DNA from: Octopus vulgaris
Lineage: Eukaryota
Reading direction: 5' to 3'
Length of the DNA: 64,000 nt
Assembly (NCBI GenBank): GCA_951406725.2
Contig: OX597821.1
Span: forward strand, 21,824,001 to 21,888,000
Shown here piece by piece: positions 42,004 to 55,792 of this stretch (positions are counted from its first letter, which is position 1; every line of letters begins with the position of its first letter). The notes below the pieces were generated by a model, which saw only the letters and a list, made by a program, of their open reading frames with translations, did no database searches and was not told the origin of the DNA. Both the position numbers and the translations under genes were made by a program.

Positions 42004-43297
42004 CTTATATACACACAGATATATATATATTTGTGTGTGTACATGAGTGTTTGTGTACATATTTAAAAGCTCAGGTACGAATATATGCACACTCATACAC
42101 GCACATATATGAGTGTTTGTGGGTATGGGTGTGTGTTTGTGTGTATGTGCGTGTGTGTGTGTGAGTGTGTAAGTATCGGGGCTTGCACTACTTGACATAT
42201 ACATTGATCTGAGGCCGTTGTGTTGAATCTGAAGCAATTACCCGGTGAAAGAGTTGAGAGTCAAGAGTCATGTTAACCATTTAAACACACACACATCTAT
42301 ACACGTATACATATGTATACATACATATACAAATACACAAAACTACACAAAGATGCACACGCATACACATATCCACATACATATATATGTGTATATATAT
42401 ATATATATATGTACATATGTATATGTATGTGTATATGTGTATGTATATGTAACTTTTCTTTTGTTGTATTTTGTAAGAGTATTATTATATAATATAAAGT
42501 ATTATATTTTATAAAGTATTATGCAATATAGAGTGTCAAAGAATGAAACGAGAGCTTTGCGGATAAAAGCAGGTCTCGCAAGCTCATTCAAATTCTCTAC
42601 CACCTCTCCATCAGCCTCGACTCTCCTGCACATGCACTGCTCTCTTATCCATCCTGTAGGTGCTTGTTGTCACTGCGCATGTCACTTTCTTTCTATATTT
42701 AATTTTTTTTTTAACTTTTTAGTTTCACTTTTGCCTTGAGCTTAACATTTTTGTTAGTTTTTCTATAATATTTTTGTCGTTTCTTTATTATCTTTTTTTT
42801 ATTATTCTTTCAGGCTTGATTTACTTATTTATTTACCTTTTCTCTTCATGCTTTTGCTAATACGTCATGTCGTACCTGAGAAAGAAAGAATTCAACATAT
42901 GTGTAAAGCAATATTTTTTCTTTCTCTTTATTTATTTTTTTTTTCTTTTTGTGTGTGTGTTTCATGTCGTTTTTCTCTTCGTGGTTTGCAAAAGAAAAAA
43001 AAATCTTTATCCAGTGTATCAATTCTTCAAACAGAATTAGGGACATCTTTGCGAAAACATACATGCTTTTATTTTTATTTTCTTTATTTATTTCTATTTT
43101 CAAAGTTAATAAATGCTGTGTAAGAATTCTCTCAGAATATTTACTGATGTCGTAGCAATGGTCGCAGTCTTTCGTTCGCAATGTTATGATGTCTCTTTTT
43201 CGCTCGCCTTCTCTCTCTCCCTCTCTCTTTCTCTGTATAAATTACTCTTCTTACTCTTTTACTTTTTTTCCGTTCTCCATTTTTCTACCTCTCAATC

Positions 43298-43333
43298 CTT
43301 TCTGTCGAAGAGCGTAGCCTCGAAACGTCAAAG
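43298..43333 (+). ncRNA. Minimal hammerhead-like motif with A6->U core change
   Basis: cttt-CTGTCGA-a-gag cgtagc ctc-GAAA-cg-TC-aaag. Palindromic ACGT stem III, GUC site. Confidence 0.5.
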
Positions 43334-43415
43334 ACTTTTCCATTCTTCCTGAGCGTTAAACTAATACACCTGCTTGTTGTTCCTTCACCCGTCTTCGTCT
43401 TTTGTTTTCAGAACT

Positions 43416-43450
<35 letters not shown>

Positions 43451-43572
43451 CAGACAGACAGAAAGAGAGAGAGAGAGAGCAAGAGAGACAGAAGACAGAC
43501 AGACAGACAGACAGAAAGACAGATATAGATAGATAGACAGACAGACAGACAGGCAGGCAGACAGACATACAT

Positions 43573-43653
<81 letters not shown>

Positions 43654-43735
43654 CTGATTGATTGATTGATTGATGATTGGGTGAGTGAGTGAGTGATTGA
43701 TTGATTGGTTGATTAATTGATTGATTGACTGATTA
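43416..43735. repeat. Compound (GA)n/(GACA)n/(GATA)n/(GATT)n microsatellite
   Basis: Direct reading. Confidence 0.95.
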
Positions 43736-44204
43736 TTGTGTATGATTATTGTGTGCATGAGTGTTGAGTGGTGGTGTTCGAAGTGGGCCTTTCATGAAAG
43801 GACAGGGACTTCGAAGTTGAGGTTTTCTGCGACGAAACATTATGCTATCGTGCGTTTGTTTCATGGTGTAGAACAATGGTTTTAAATCATTTTTTTCTTT
43901 TTACCTATGGACCCTTTTGTTTCCTATTTTACTCGGATGGACCCTCACAGTCATCCCATGCTTAAAATATCCTATTATATGTTCACGATTAGATAATATT
44001 AGGTATTGTACAAAAAAAAAACGGTTATGATAATTCGTGTATTGTGGAATTATAATCAATTTATTTGCAACAAAATATATTAACAACAAAATCTTGTATG
44101 AACCACCCCCAGGGTTATTTGAACCCTGGTTGCCAACCAATGATGTCGATGGCCTACTGGATGATCCGTTTAAAACTTGTTAAAAGCCAGATTGATAGTA
44201 TTTA

Positions 44205-44607
44205 TTTTTTTACTTGTTTCAGTCATTTGACTGCGGCCATGCTGCAGCACCGCCTTTAGTCGAGCAAATCGACCCCGGGACTTATTCTTTGTAAGCCCAG
44301 TACTCATTCTATCGGTCTCTTTTTGCCGAACCGCTAAGTTACGGGGACGTAAACAGAAACCAGCATCGGTTGTCAAGCAATGCTAGGGGGACAAACACAG
44401 ACACACAAACACACACACACATATATATATATATACATATATACGACAGGCTTCTTTCAGTTTCCGTCTACCAAATCCACTCACAAGGCATTGGTCGGCC
44501 CGGGGCTATAGCAGAAGACACTTGCCCAAGATGCCACGCAGTGGGACTGAACCCGGAACCATGTGGTTGGTTAGCAAGCTACTTACCACACAGCCACTCC
44601 TGCGCCT
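44205..44607 (-). mobile_element. Full-length SINE family B
   Basis: Near-identical to 27200-27616. Confidence 0.9.
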
Positions 44608-44739
44608 ATTATTAGTATATTGTTTTGTGTTTATGTTATTTATTATGGTTCGTTGCCTAGCGACTAGGGTCTCGGAGAGACCAGGTGCAGTCTATGCAGG
44701 ATCAAATAAACTGTATGCACACCATTGTTGTTATTATTT

Positions 44740-45063
44740 TCCTTCAGTGTTAACTGGCACTCCGTCGGTTACGACGAGGTTTCCAGCTGATCCGATCAAT
44801 GGAACAGCCTGCTCGTGAAATTAATGTGCACGTGACTGAGCACCCCACAAGCACGTGTATCCTTAACGTAGTTCTCAGAGAGATTCAGCGTGACACAGAA
44901 TGTGACAAGGATGGTCCTATGAAGTACAAGTAATACTCATTTTTGCCCGCTGAGTGGACTTGAAATAAAGTGAAATAAAGTGTCAAGGACACAGTGTGTC
45001 GCCGAGAATTGAACTCACGACCTTACGATTGTGAGCCGATTACCATAACCACAAAACCACGCC
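44740..45063 (-). mobile_element. SINE family E
   Basis: Reverse-complement match to 28885-29280. Confidence 0.75.
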
Positions 45064-45599
45064 CCTTCACACTTTCAGTGTAACCTGTTACAAGTACCGC
45101 TCTAACTATGGCTCTAACTATGTTTCTTTGCCACTATATTTTCTTTAAAATATCTTCTATGTTTGAGTAGCAGACCCCAAATCCAGATGCTCCACTGACT
45201 GCTTTCATACAAGACCACTTTTTTTCCACAGACTGGGAGATCAAGCGTATAACAAAATACAATAAAGAACATGATATATAATTTAATTATTGCTTATACC
45301 GTATCATGCAAATGTCTTCGGCTACTTTAAACTATTGTAAATTTCTACTAATTGCAAACTTATAAGGGGATGTTTCGCATTGCGTTTTTTACAGATGAGA
45401 CATTGACCTTGTTGGAGTCATTTCCATACCTGATCATTATATTTTGTTGTGTGGGTTCTGAATGAGAGAGGAAGATGCGAGATGACCACAAAAATGGCTG
45501 TGCAAAAGTTTTCGACAACCTCACATTAACCAATCGATATACGATGTTTTAAAACAGAAAAATGTCAATAATGAAAATTTATTACATAATGTTCATTTC

Positions 45600-46050
45600 A
45601 AAAAGTTACTGTACATTGTTAATATTTCGTAAATAATTGCTTCAATGCGCCAGGGAAGAGATGCGTACAAATCCTTCACCATGTTTGCGGGTACTGGATA
45701 TCATTCTCTGTAGCTGAGCACCCACAACTCTTCAAGACTGCGTGGATTCTTCTGATGAAATCTCTTTAATTCTGTTCACATTTGCTCGTTGATTTTTAAG
45801 TTAGAGCTATGAGCTGGCCAATTTTTCAATACGGCAGCACCTTCATCAGCCAGACTCTGTTGCATTGCATGCGCTCTGTTGCATGGAGCTCCGTCATGCT
45901 GCAAAGTCTCACGTTCATCCAAGTCTGGTACCAAATTGTCCTTCAGCAACTGGATGCGTCTGGCATTATTCAAGTTACCGTCAATTTTAACCAACTTCCT
46001 TGAACCATCACTTTTTATGTATCTTCAAAGCACCAAACTCTTACCCGCAA
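45600..46050 (-). mobile_element. Tc1-like transposase C-terminal fragment
   Basis: LVKIDGNLN...LQHDGAPCNRA...WPAHSSNLKINEQM (QQDGAPCH and WPAQSPDLNPIE motifs). Confidence 0.8.
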
Positions 46051-46199
46051 ACTTCACTTGTCAAGTAGTGTCACACTGACTCCGCGAATTACATTAAGAG
46101 TACATGTTTATGTGTAATACTTGGCCATTTGAAAGCAAAGTTAATGAGCCAAGTAGTTCAGTTTATCGAACAGTTAACTGAACACTCATCGTCGGAACT

Positions 46200-46660
46200 C
46201 TGCTCGAAATCCGTATTATAGATGGTGAACAAAAATGTGGAGTGGAGTGAAAGCTTTTGAGGAGGCCAGGATGATATATGCAAGACGAAAGAGAGATTTA
46301 AGAACAATGTTGCAATCAATGAAAAGGTGAATCTCATAGACCTTTTTGTGCGTCCAGTCTGTGACAGACTATGCCTTTCTTTTGTTGGGCTCAAATCTTA
46401 TTTGCGATCCCATGAAAAACGAACCGCCACCAACTTCTCTGCCTATATATCTGTTACACTTTTCAATGCCGTGTATGCCATAAGGTCTGCAAATCTAACG
46501 GAGGACTCAAAAGATATCTAAAAATCCAGAGGGGTTAGAATTTAAATGCAGCTCATGGTGGTCAGAATCAGATCTGCAATCTATGTTGGTGTCTTTTCAA
46601 TACATTACCTGATTTTAAAAGCCACATCCGACGCCATGATGAAATTAAGGTGTAAGTACA
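46200..46660 (+). mobile_element. RTE-like LINE ORF2 C-terminus with three degenerate C2H2 zinc fingers
   Basis: MWSGVKAFEEARMIYARRKRDLR, then VCDRLCLSFVGLKSYLRSH, CRVCHKVCKSNGGLKRYLKIQ and CNLCWCLFNTLPDFKSHIRRH across frameshifts. Confidence 0.65.
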
Positions 46661-46698
46661 AGATGTGATCAGACATTGCATCAGGTGTAGACAACATT

Positions 46699-46740
<42 letters not shown>

Positions 46741-47181
46741 GACAGACACACAGACAGACAGACAGACAGACAGACACACACACACACACACACATATAAA
46801 TAAGGATAAGATCGTTATCTAAAATATCGATCATAGCAGGTGGCTTGCATGGGAATAATTATTATTAAAATTATGATTAAGGATATCTAAGATATACCAC
46901 CATGCTTGATATAGCAGCCAAAACTTTACTTTAAAACCACATTAAATGTATATATATATATAAATTATAGATGTGTGTGTATGTATGTATATATATATTA
47001 TGTATGTATGCATGTATGTATACAGACAAACCAACCAGACAGACTGACAGACAGATAGACAGAATTACATATGTATATATATATATATATACATACATAC
47101 ATACAAACATACATACATACATACATACATACATACATACATACACATATATGCATACATATATATATATTTATTTATATT

Positions 47182-47256
<75 letters not shown>

Positions 47257-47339
47257 ACATATATCCAAGCAGTGCAGATAATACCGGTCTGACTTGGTGC
47301 CTCAACTTAAGTACCTAATTCAATTCAATCTTAATTATA

Positions 47340-47469
47340 TATATATTTGTGTGTGTGTCTGAGTATGTATGTATGTATGCATGCATGCATGTATGTATGT
47401 ATATATGTTTGTATGTATGTATGTATGTATGTATGTATGTATGTATGTATGTATGTGTGTATGTATGTA

Positions 47470-47502
<33 letters not shown>

Positions 47503-47770
47503 ATGTATGTATGCATGTATGCATGCATGTATGTATGTATGTGTGTGTGTATGTATATATGTATGTGTGCATGTATGTATGCATGTATGTATGTATGTAT
47601 GTATGTATGTATGTATGTATGTATGTATGTATGTATGTATGTATGTATGTATGTATGTACGAAAGTGCGAATGTATGTATGTATGTATGTATATATGTGA
47701 CTTTGAACGTATGTATGTATGTACGAACGTCTGTATGTATGTACGAAAGTGCGAATGTATATATGTAGAT
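47340..47770. repeat. (TATG)n compound microsatellite
   Basis: Direct reading. Confidence 0.95.
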
Positions 47771-48328
47771 ATATATTCATACTCTTGTGACCCCAAGGTA
47801 TTTAGTAAGAATCTCGGTCAGTTAGGAAGTTGCCAGAGTTAGTTGCACCGTGATCTGAAGGTGCGGCCATTGTGTTGTGTCACTGTCAAAACTGAATAAT
47901 GGATGCCATTAATCATACGAACAAAGTGTGTACGAATGTGTGTGTATATATACGTGCATGTGTATTTGTGTGTGCGTGTGTTTGTATACGTGCATCTGTA
48001 TTTGCGTGTGTGTGTGTGTGTGTGTGTGTGTTTTGTGTTCGCCTTTTAACACATTACTTAACATAATTCCGTTATAACTATAGAGATTGTGAATGTCCGT
48101 CCTTTCCTTAATACCGCTATATACCTGCTGTACATTTTGTTTGAAGGCGCACGCACACACGTATAAATTCACACATTCATGTATACACACACACACACTC
48201 TCTCTCTCTTATACACACACGTATATATGTGTGTGTGTGTGCAAATATAAATTTACACAGAGATGTATATACACACATTATATATATACATATACATATG
48301 TATGTGCGTATGTATATAAGTATATAAG

Positions 48329-48361
<33 letters not shown>

Positions 48362-48821
48362 ATATGTATATGTGTATACATAAGTATATACATATATATA
48401 TGTATATATAAAAGTGTGTGTGTGTATGTATGTATATGTCTATATATACGTGTATCTTCCCCATTTTGTTTACCTAGCCTCCTCCTCTGTCTCTGATCAC
48501 GATCGAACACAAAGAAGTTATATTGTATCATAAATAATATAACACTGAAATAGTCTAGAGTGTACTTGATAGTGCAGACACAGTGTGAAGTGCGCTTGTC
48601 CAGTGAACGCTACCTTATTTGGTGGTTACTACATTAAACATGTCAACAAGAATCTCTATAACGCCATCATTAATTTGACATATACTTTCTTCGCCGCATC
48701 TTCAATGATCGACTATTTTGTGATACAACGTAATTGTGACATTATCTTAGCATTGCTATATGTCTGTGCAGCAAAATTTGTCGTCTTTTCTCTCTAAGGT
48801 TAGGTAATACTATAATTTCAG

Positions 48822-49000
48822 ATGGAGGCTCGTGGCTTAGTGGTTAGGGTGTCAGCATCATGATCGTAAGATTGTGGTTTCGATTCCTGGACCGAGCGAC
48901 GCGTTCTGTTCTTGAGCAAAACACTTCATTTCCCGTTGCTCCAGTCCACTCAGCTGGCGTCCCGTCCAGCTGGGGAACATATACACCATTGAAACCTGGA
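48822..49000 (+). mobile_element. SINE family E
   Basis: ggaggctcgtggcttagtggttagggtg...ggtttcgattcctggaccg...ttcttgagcaaaacactt. Confidence 0.75.
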
Positions 49001-49083
49001 AACAGGGCGCTTTTATTTTTTTTTCATATAATTCAAGATATGATCAATTGCTGATCCTTGACAAAACTCGAATAAAAACAGAT

Positions 49084-49143
<60 letters not shown>

Positions 49144-49368
49144 GTGTGTTTTCACACGCAAACATATAAGAGATAAATTGTCAAGGTAGCTCTCAGGTAT
49201 CCATGTTACGTCTAACTGCATCAAGTAGTAACAAATATCAGTGATCGCTTGGTACGAGCAATCCCGTTGGTCAATTTAACCAACTAAATATGCTGTATGA
49301 CCAACTGTAAAATGGAAAAAAGAATTTGATTATATACCAAATTTTGCATTCTTTGTAACTGTTTGATA

Positions 49369-50170
49369 CGAGGTGGTATCAAAAAGTTCCCGGACTAGTT
49401 ATGTTTTATAAAATGACTAACTTATTTACATAAGTTGTAACATCATCGTCTTCGAAATAGTCACATTGTGCAGCAGTGCACTGGTCCCAGTGTTCCTGCC
49501 ACTTTTGGAATCTGGCCTGGAAGTCGTTTTCCGTAAGCGAGTCGAGTATCTTTGAGCTGCATTTTCATTTTGAGGAAGAGATTGAAGTCCGCAGGTACTA
49601 AATCTGGCGATACCATGTTGTTCTTTGGCGAGAAACTCACGAGTGAGAAGAGCTTGGTGACAGGGTGCATTGTCTTCGAGAAGAATCCAGTTCTTCGCGC
49701 TCTGCAGATCCGGTTGCTTTCGTCGAATATCCACCCTCAAACGCTTCAAGACGTCACAGAAGAACATGACGGTCCAGTTTGGGGGAAGAATTCTCGATGC
49801 ACAATACCGTGGGTATCGAAAAAATATCGAGAGACGTGCCTTCGCTTTTGAAACGTTCGTGCCACTGGAAACATTGCGTACTACCAATTGCATCGTTGCC
49901 AGGCATGCTCAATGTCTCTCTAGCAGACTTCCTAAGTTTAACGCAATATTTCATGCTTGTTCTTTGTTCGAATTTCCTGTCCATGGCAAAAATTGCAGAC
50001 TACAGCATACACTCGATCATGAAAACACAAATTTGAAAACTTACGAAGCGATGTCCCTTGGCACACTGCCTCGTGGAAGGCCACTGCTAGCTCTCACTAC
50101 AACCGCACCGTGTGCTGCCATCTATCAGCGCGCAACAGCATTAGTCCAGGAACTTCTTGATGCCATCTCG
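49369..50170 (-). mobile_element. Internally deleted mariner element, same family as 23058-24264
   Basis: TA|cgaggtggtatcaaaaagttcc ... ggaacttcttgatgccatctcg|TA. Peptides MDRKFEQRTSMKYCVKL, WILLEDNAPCH and SPDLVPADFNLF. Confidence 0.9.
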
Positions 50171-50179
50171 TACATATAT

Positions 50180-50546
50180 TCTTTTATTCTTTTGCTTGTT
50201 TCAGTCATATGACATCGGCCATGCTGGAGCACTACCTTTATTCGAAGAAATCGACCCCAAGACTTATTCTTTGTAAACCTTATACTTATTCTATTGGTGT
50301 CTTTTGCCAAACCGCCAAGTTACGAGAACGTAAACACACCGACACCGGTGGTCAAGTGATGGTGGGGAGACAAACATAGTCACACAAGAATATACATATA
50401 TATAAATACGATGGGCTTCTTTCAGTTTCCGTCTACCAAATCCACTCACGAGGCTTTCGGTCGGCCAAGGTGCCAAGCAGTTGGACTGAGCCTGGAACCA
50501 TGTAATTGGGAAGCAAACTTCTTACCACACAGCCACGCCTGCGCCT
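50180..50546 (-). mobile_element. SINE family B, diverged
   Basis: Match to 27200-27616. Confidence 0.8.
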
Positions 50547-50940
50547 CAGTAATTTTAAAATGCATTAAATAAACAACGATAGCTAAAAAACGTACACGTA
50601 GTACAGACATAGAAGGCCCTAATTCTTCATCAGTTACCGACCGAAAGTTGATACCCAGTTTCATGTTTATGTATGTATGTATGTATGTATGTATGTATGT
50701 ATGTATGTATGTATGTATGTATGTACGTATGTACGTATGTGTGTATGTATTCCTGTATGTATGTAAGTATGTGTATGCATTTTTGTATGTATGGATTTAC
50801 AAATGCACGAAGGTGTGACTGTGCATTTATATATATATATATATATAGTAAGGAAAAATTTTTTATAAAAATTGCAGAATGCTCAAATGAAAGAAAATTT
50901 TAATAAAATGAGAAAATGATAAAATATATAAATGTATATT

Positions 50941-50981
50941 TATTCAACCGGTTTTCGTCAATGTATGACTTGTCAAGAATA
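50941..50981 (-). ncRNA. Hammerhead-like motif with compensatory U3:A8 core
   Basis: tattc-TTGACAA-gtca tacat tgac-GAAA-accgg-TT-gaata. Stem I tattc/gaata, stem II gtca/tgac, palindromic ACCGGT. One extra A in the GAAA run. Confidence 0.5.
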
Positions 50982-51121
50982 TTTATGTTTTAAGAAGTTT
51001 TTTTTTTTTTTTTTTTTTTGAATTTAGAAAGGGGAAAAAAAGAAAATTGCATTGTTTTTTGTAAAAGAATAATGATAAAAATGTACAAAAATTAAAAAAT
51101 AAGTTCTCTCTCTCTCTCTCT

Positions 51122-51165
<44 letters not shown>

Positions 51166-51489
51166 TATAGGTATACATATATACTATAGGTATACATATA
51201 TATACTATAGGTACACACACAGGCACACACACACACACACATACACACAGGCACCCGACATATGATTTGATTCGGTTAATGCCTCATGAAGGACATTGAC
51301 ATCGAAGGATACAAACTTCTTCACCGCTTTTATTTGTTTTGCTTTTATATATGGAAGCCATGAATCATACCATAAGCCGCCATTTTGCTGCTTGTTACTT
51401 TATATTTTATAAATAATTACACATGTATACATATGGTATATGTGTGTGTATGTATATATATATATATATATATATACATACATACATGT

Positions 51490-52030
51490 GGATATATGGG
51501 TACGTGGCGTTACCAGTGGTAAACAATATGAAATACGAAAACAAATGAGATCAATACGCAAACAACGAGAGAAACAAATGGAAAACAGGACAAGTAACAC
51601 AAAGAATACAGAGAACGACGCTTCATCAGTTGTCGGTTGTCTATCTACTCCTCAATTCGAGCATTGAACGACAATATGAGTCTTCGAAGAGAGTTTTTCC
51701 CATAAGTACCAAAATAAAATTTGGGATTTCGGAGGGTCAAAGCTGGGAACAAAAACAGGACAGTGGAGACACAACAGGGAAAGTGAAGGAGGGTAAAATA
51801 AGGAAGGCTGGAGAAATATTTTATTTGACAAGAGAAAAGATTCAAGAGAGAGATAGGATACGTCCAGTCCTTAGGACAGTCTTGCAAAATAGAGAGATGA
51901 TCACGTGAGGAAAATGAAGATGGACGACGGTCACGTGTGAGTAACAAAAGAGAGAAAAAGAGAAATATGGAGAGAAACAGATAGAAAATGGTGAAGGGGA
52001 GAAAAATGGAATTAGAGAAAAGGATTGTAG
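51490..52030 (-). mobile_element. Purine-biased repeat related to 59296-60332 (Penelope-like terminal region)
   Basis: Shared motifs ttc.tcagttg.c, ctactcc, aaataaaattt.ggattt..cggaggg and ggtcacgtgt. Confidence 0.5.
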
Positions 52031-52323
52031 AGAATACAGTTTACAAAGAATAAGTCCCGGCGTCGAATAAAGGCGGTGCTCCAGCATGGCCGCAGTCAAA
52101 TGCCTGAAACAAGTAAAAGAGTATACACATATTTATATACGTATACATACATACATACACACATATATATATATATATATTCATATATATATATATATAT
52201 ATATATTACTGTGATCATCGTGACCGACCAGGCTATCAGATGTTGCTACACATCGCTGGTCACAATGCGCTTCGCATTGTTTTAGCCTTCAAATGACGCC
52301 ACCGAGCTGGCTAAGCGAGCAGG

Positions 52324-52447
<124 letters not shown>

Positions 52448-52469
52448 TGTATGTATGTATATATGTATA

Positions 52470-52511
<42 letters not shown>

Positions 52512-53074
52512 TGCGCATATATACGTACAGATATATATATACATGGGTGCGTGTATGTTTGTATACATGTGTGTGCGTGTGTCATGGATGTGTATCGTGC
52601 GTGTGTTTTTGTGTGTGTGCGTGTATGTGTATGTATGTATGTGTGTGTGTGTGTGTGTGTGCAATGTAAATTTTTCCAGTGAAATGAAATGACACACACA
52701 CACGTATGTCTCTAGCAATTCTCGTGATTATGTTTGACAGAAATCGAGCGACAGGCAACTTAAAAATCTATCTACGAAATATCAAGAGACCAAAACCACA
52801 TATTATGCTCTAAAGACTAGTGATTTAATCATCATTCCGTGTGTCTATGTAGCAGTGTGTGTGTGTATTTGTGTGTGTGTGTATGCGCGCGCGTGGTTTT
52901 GTGTATGTGTGTGTGTGTGTCGACGTGAATTTGTGTGTGTGGGCGTTGTGTATGAGTGTTTGTGCAGAACTGTATATGAGCATTTATGTATGCTATATAT
53001 ATAAATTTATACATTATATTATATCTATGTGTGTGTATGTATAATTATATATATATATACGCATATATATGAGT

Positions 53075-53162
<88 letters not shown>

Positions 53163-54149
53163 GTGTATGTACGTATGTATGGATATATGTATGCATGCAT
53201 GTATGTGTGTGTCTATCTGTTTGTATGTCTATGTTCTTCTGCATTCGTGTGTGTACGCAGATTTATTGGTATGTTTTCATTTATGTATATTTTATATATT
53301 AATATATGTATTTAAGCGCATGCGTATGTTGGGTGTGTGGGTGTGTACATGAATATACATATTTACATCATCATATATAATATTGTAGATAGGTATACAC
53401 ACACAAATATATACATATACATATATCCATACATTCATGCATACATACATGCTTGCACAAAGACACTCGTACACACACTCACAAGCACACACACTCACAA
53501 GCACACACACATTCAAACACACATAGATACATAGATACATACACCATACACACACACACACACACATAATCATGCATACATACATACGTACGTACATTCA
53601 TACATACATACATAAATACATACATACATACATACATAAATACATACATACATACATACATACATACATAAATATATATATACATACATACATACATACA
53701 TACATACATACATACATACATACATACATACATACATACATACATACATGTGCAAATGGGTGTGTATATGCGACGAGAGTAAGGGCGGGAAGGAAGTGTT
53801 TTAAGTTTTGATATATTTATGGTCGTGTTTTTACTTTTGTAATGGCTTCATTCCATGATAAAAGTGAAGAATATAAGCTGTTCAAGGGCGGAATTAACTT
53901 TGATAGCATCGGGCTATGTCTAGACCAAGCTGAGTGGTTTTTCTGAGGGTGGAAGAAGTAGAAGTGAGTAGGAGGTCGCAAGAAGTGAATGAGGAAAGGT
54001 GTGAGTGAATGAAGGAGGAGGGGGAGGGGAGGGAGTAATCTTGTGTAGTGGTTAGGGTGGGAAAGGATGATTTGGATTTTGTGCGTGTGTGACTGTGGGT
54101 GGTGGGTATGCTTCTGTTAGTGAGGGTACGTGTATGTATATATATATAT

Positions 54150-54350
54150 TCTTTTTTCTTTTTTATTTGTTTCACTCATTTGACTGTGGCCACGCTGGAG
54201 CACCGCGTTTGGACTTATTCTTTGTAAGCCTAGATCTTATTCTATCGGTCCCTTTTAACCGAACCGCTAGTTTACAGGAACTTAAACACACCAGGATTGG
54301 TTGTCAAGCGATGTTGGAGGGGTGACAAACACACACACATAGACACACAT

Positions 54351-54414
<64 letters not shown>

Positions 54415-54697
54415 TGTATATATATATAGCATATAATTTTAAGATAACTTAAAATTGTATGATAGATTGCCGTCAATTCATTCTCTCTACCTGTTTGTGT
54501 CTGCCTTCCAATTGCTGTTTTTACTGAGATCACCGCGTTTGGACTTATTCTTTGTAAGCCTAGATCTTATTCTATCGGGCCCTTTTAACCGAACCGCTAG
54601 TTTACAGGAACTTAAACACACCAGGATTGGTTGTCAAGCGATGTTGGAGGGGTGACAAACACACACACATAGACACACATACACACACACACACACA

Positions 54698-54736
<39 letters not shown>

Positions 54737-54885
54737 TACGATCTTTCAGTTTCCGTCTACTAAATCCACTCACAAGGCTTTGGTCGGCCGAGGCTATAGT
54801 AGAAGACACTTGCCCAAGGTGTCACACAGTGGGACTGAACCTGGGACGATGTGATTGGTAAGCTAGTTACTTAACACACAGACAC
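54150..54885 (-). mobile_element. SINE family B with internal ~160-bp direct duplication
   Basis: 54201-54360 repeats at 54531-54690 with one visible mismatch. Confidence 0.8.
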
Positions 54886-54949
54886 ATAAATGTATACAAA
54901 TGCGTGTTTGTGAACATATGCATATATATATATATGTATACATACATAT

Positions 54950-55000
<51 letters not shown>

Positions 55001-55143
55001 TATTTAAGTAGACAAATGAATTATCTTATTACGGATAATTCGAAAGATAACCGATACCTGGGTAGCAAACTCACAACAGAAAAGGCATGGTTGAAGTTAC
55101 GACCATGGGGCATAAAATCCGTGCCTTAGTGCGGAAATTTGAA

Positions 55144-55190
<47 letters not shown>

Positions 55191-55591
55191 ATATATATAA
55201 ACTTGCTTGGAAATGGACGAGTGGCATTCAATCATATAATAATATAAATAATATATATATATACATACAATACCAGATATGTACATATATACACAAGGGT
55301 ACTACATGAGTACGTATATCGCCCATGTAGTACCCTTGCGTATATATGTAGATACCTGGTATTGTATGTATATATTTTATTAATTTGCCTGTACGGCTAA
55401 TAATTCGCTTACCTCTTGTGATGGTATTTTAATAATATCATCCCTATATCAATATGTGTGTGTGTGTGTATAGAATGTTCGTAGACGGACACGCAGACTC
55501 GCACAGAGACATGCGCATATATTCACAAGCCTGCACTGATATATACATATATACATATTCATATATATGTATGTATATATATATATATATG

Positions 55592-55655
<64 letters not shown>

Positions 55656-55706
55656 GTGAAGGGAAGAAATGGAGCTGAACGAAGATTCTACAAAATTCCT
55701 TTTATT

Positions 55707-55792
55707 ATTTTCTACACATGTTTCAAAGGCTGCAAATTTCCAAATTCGGATTGAATAAGGAGACCATTTTGCAGCTTTCTCTTCAGGAAAAT
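55707..55792 (-). ncRNA. Type-I hammerhead ribozyme
   Basis: Reverse complement of 56499-56584. Confidence 0.75.

Noticed and set aside
48585-48810. Hydrophobic ORF and ctctctaag-gttag-gtaata as a microexon or exon
   Set aside because: Weak AAG acceptor, no homology recognised, and no consistent frame with the other candidates.
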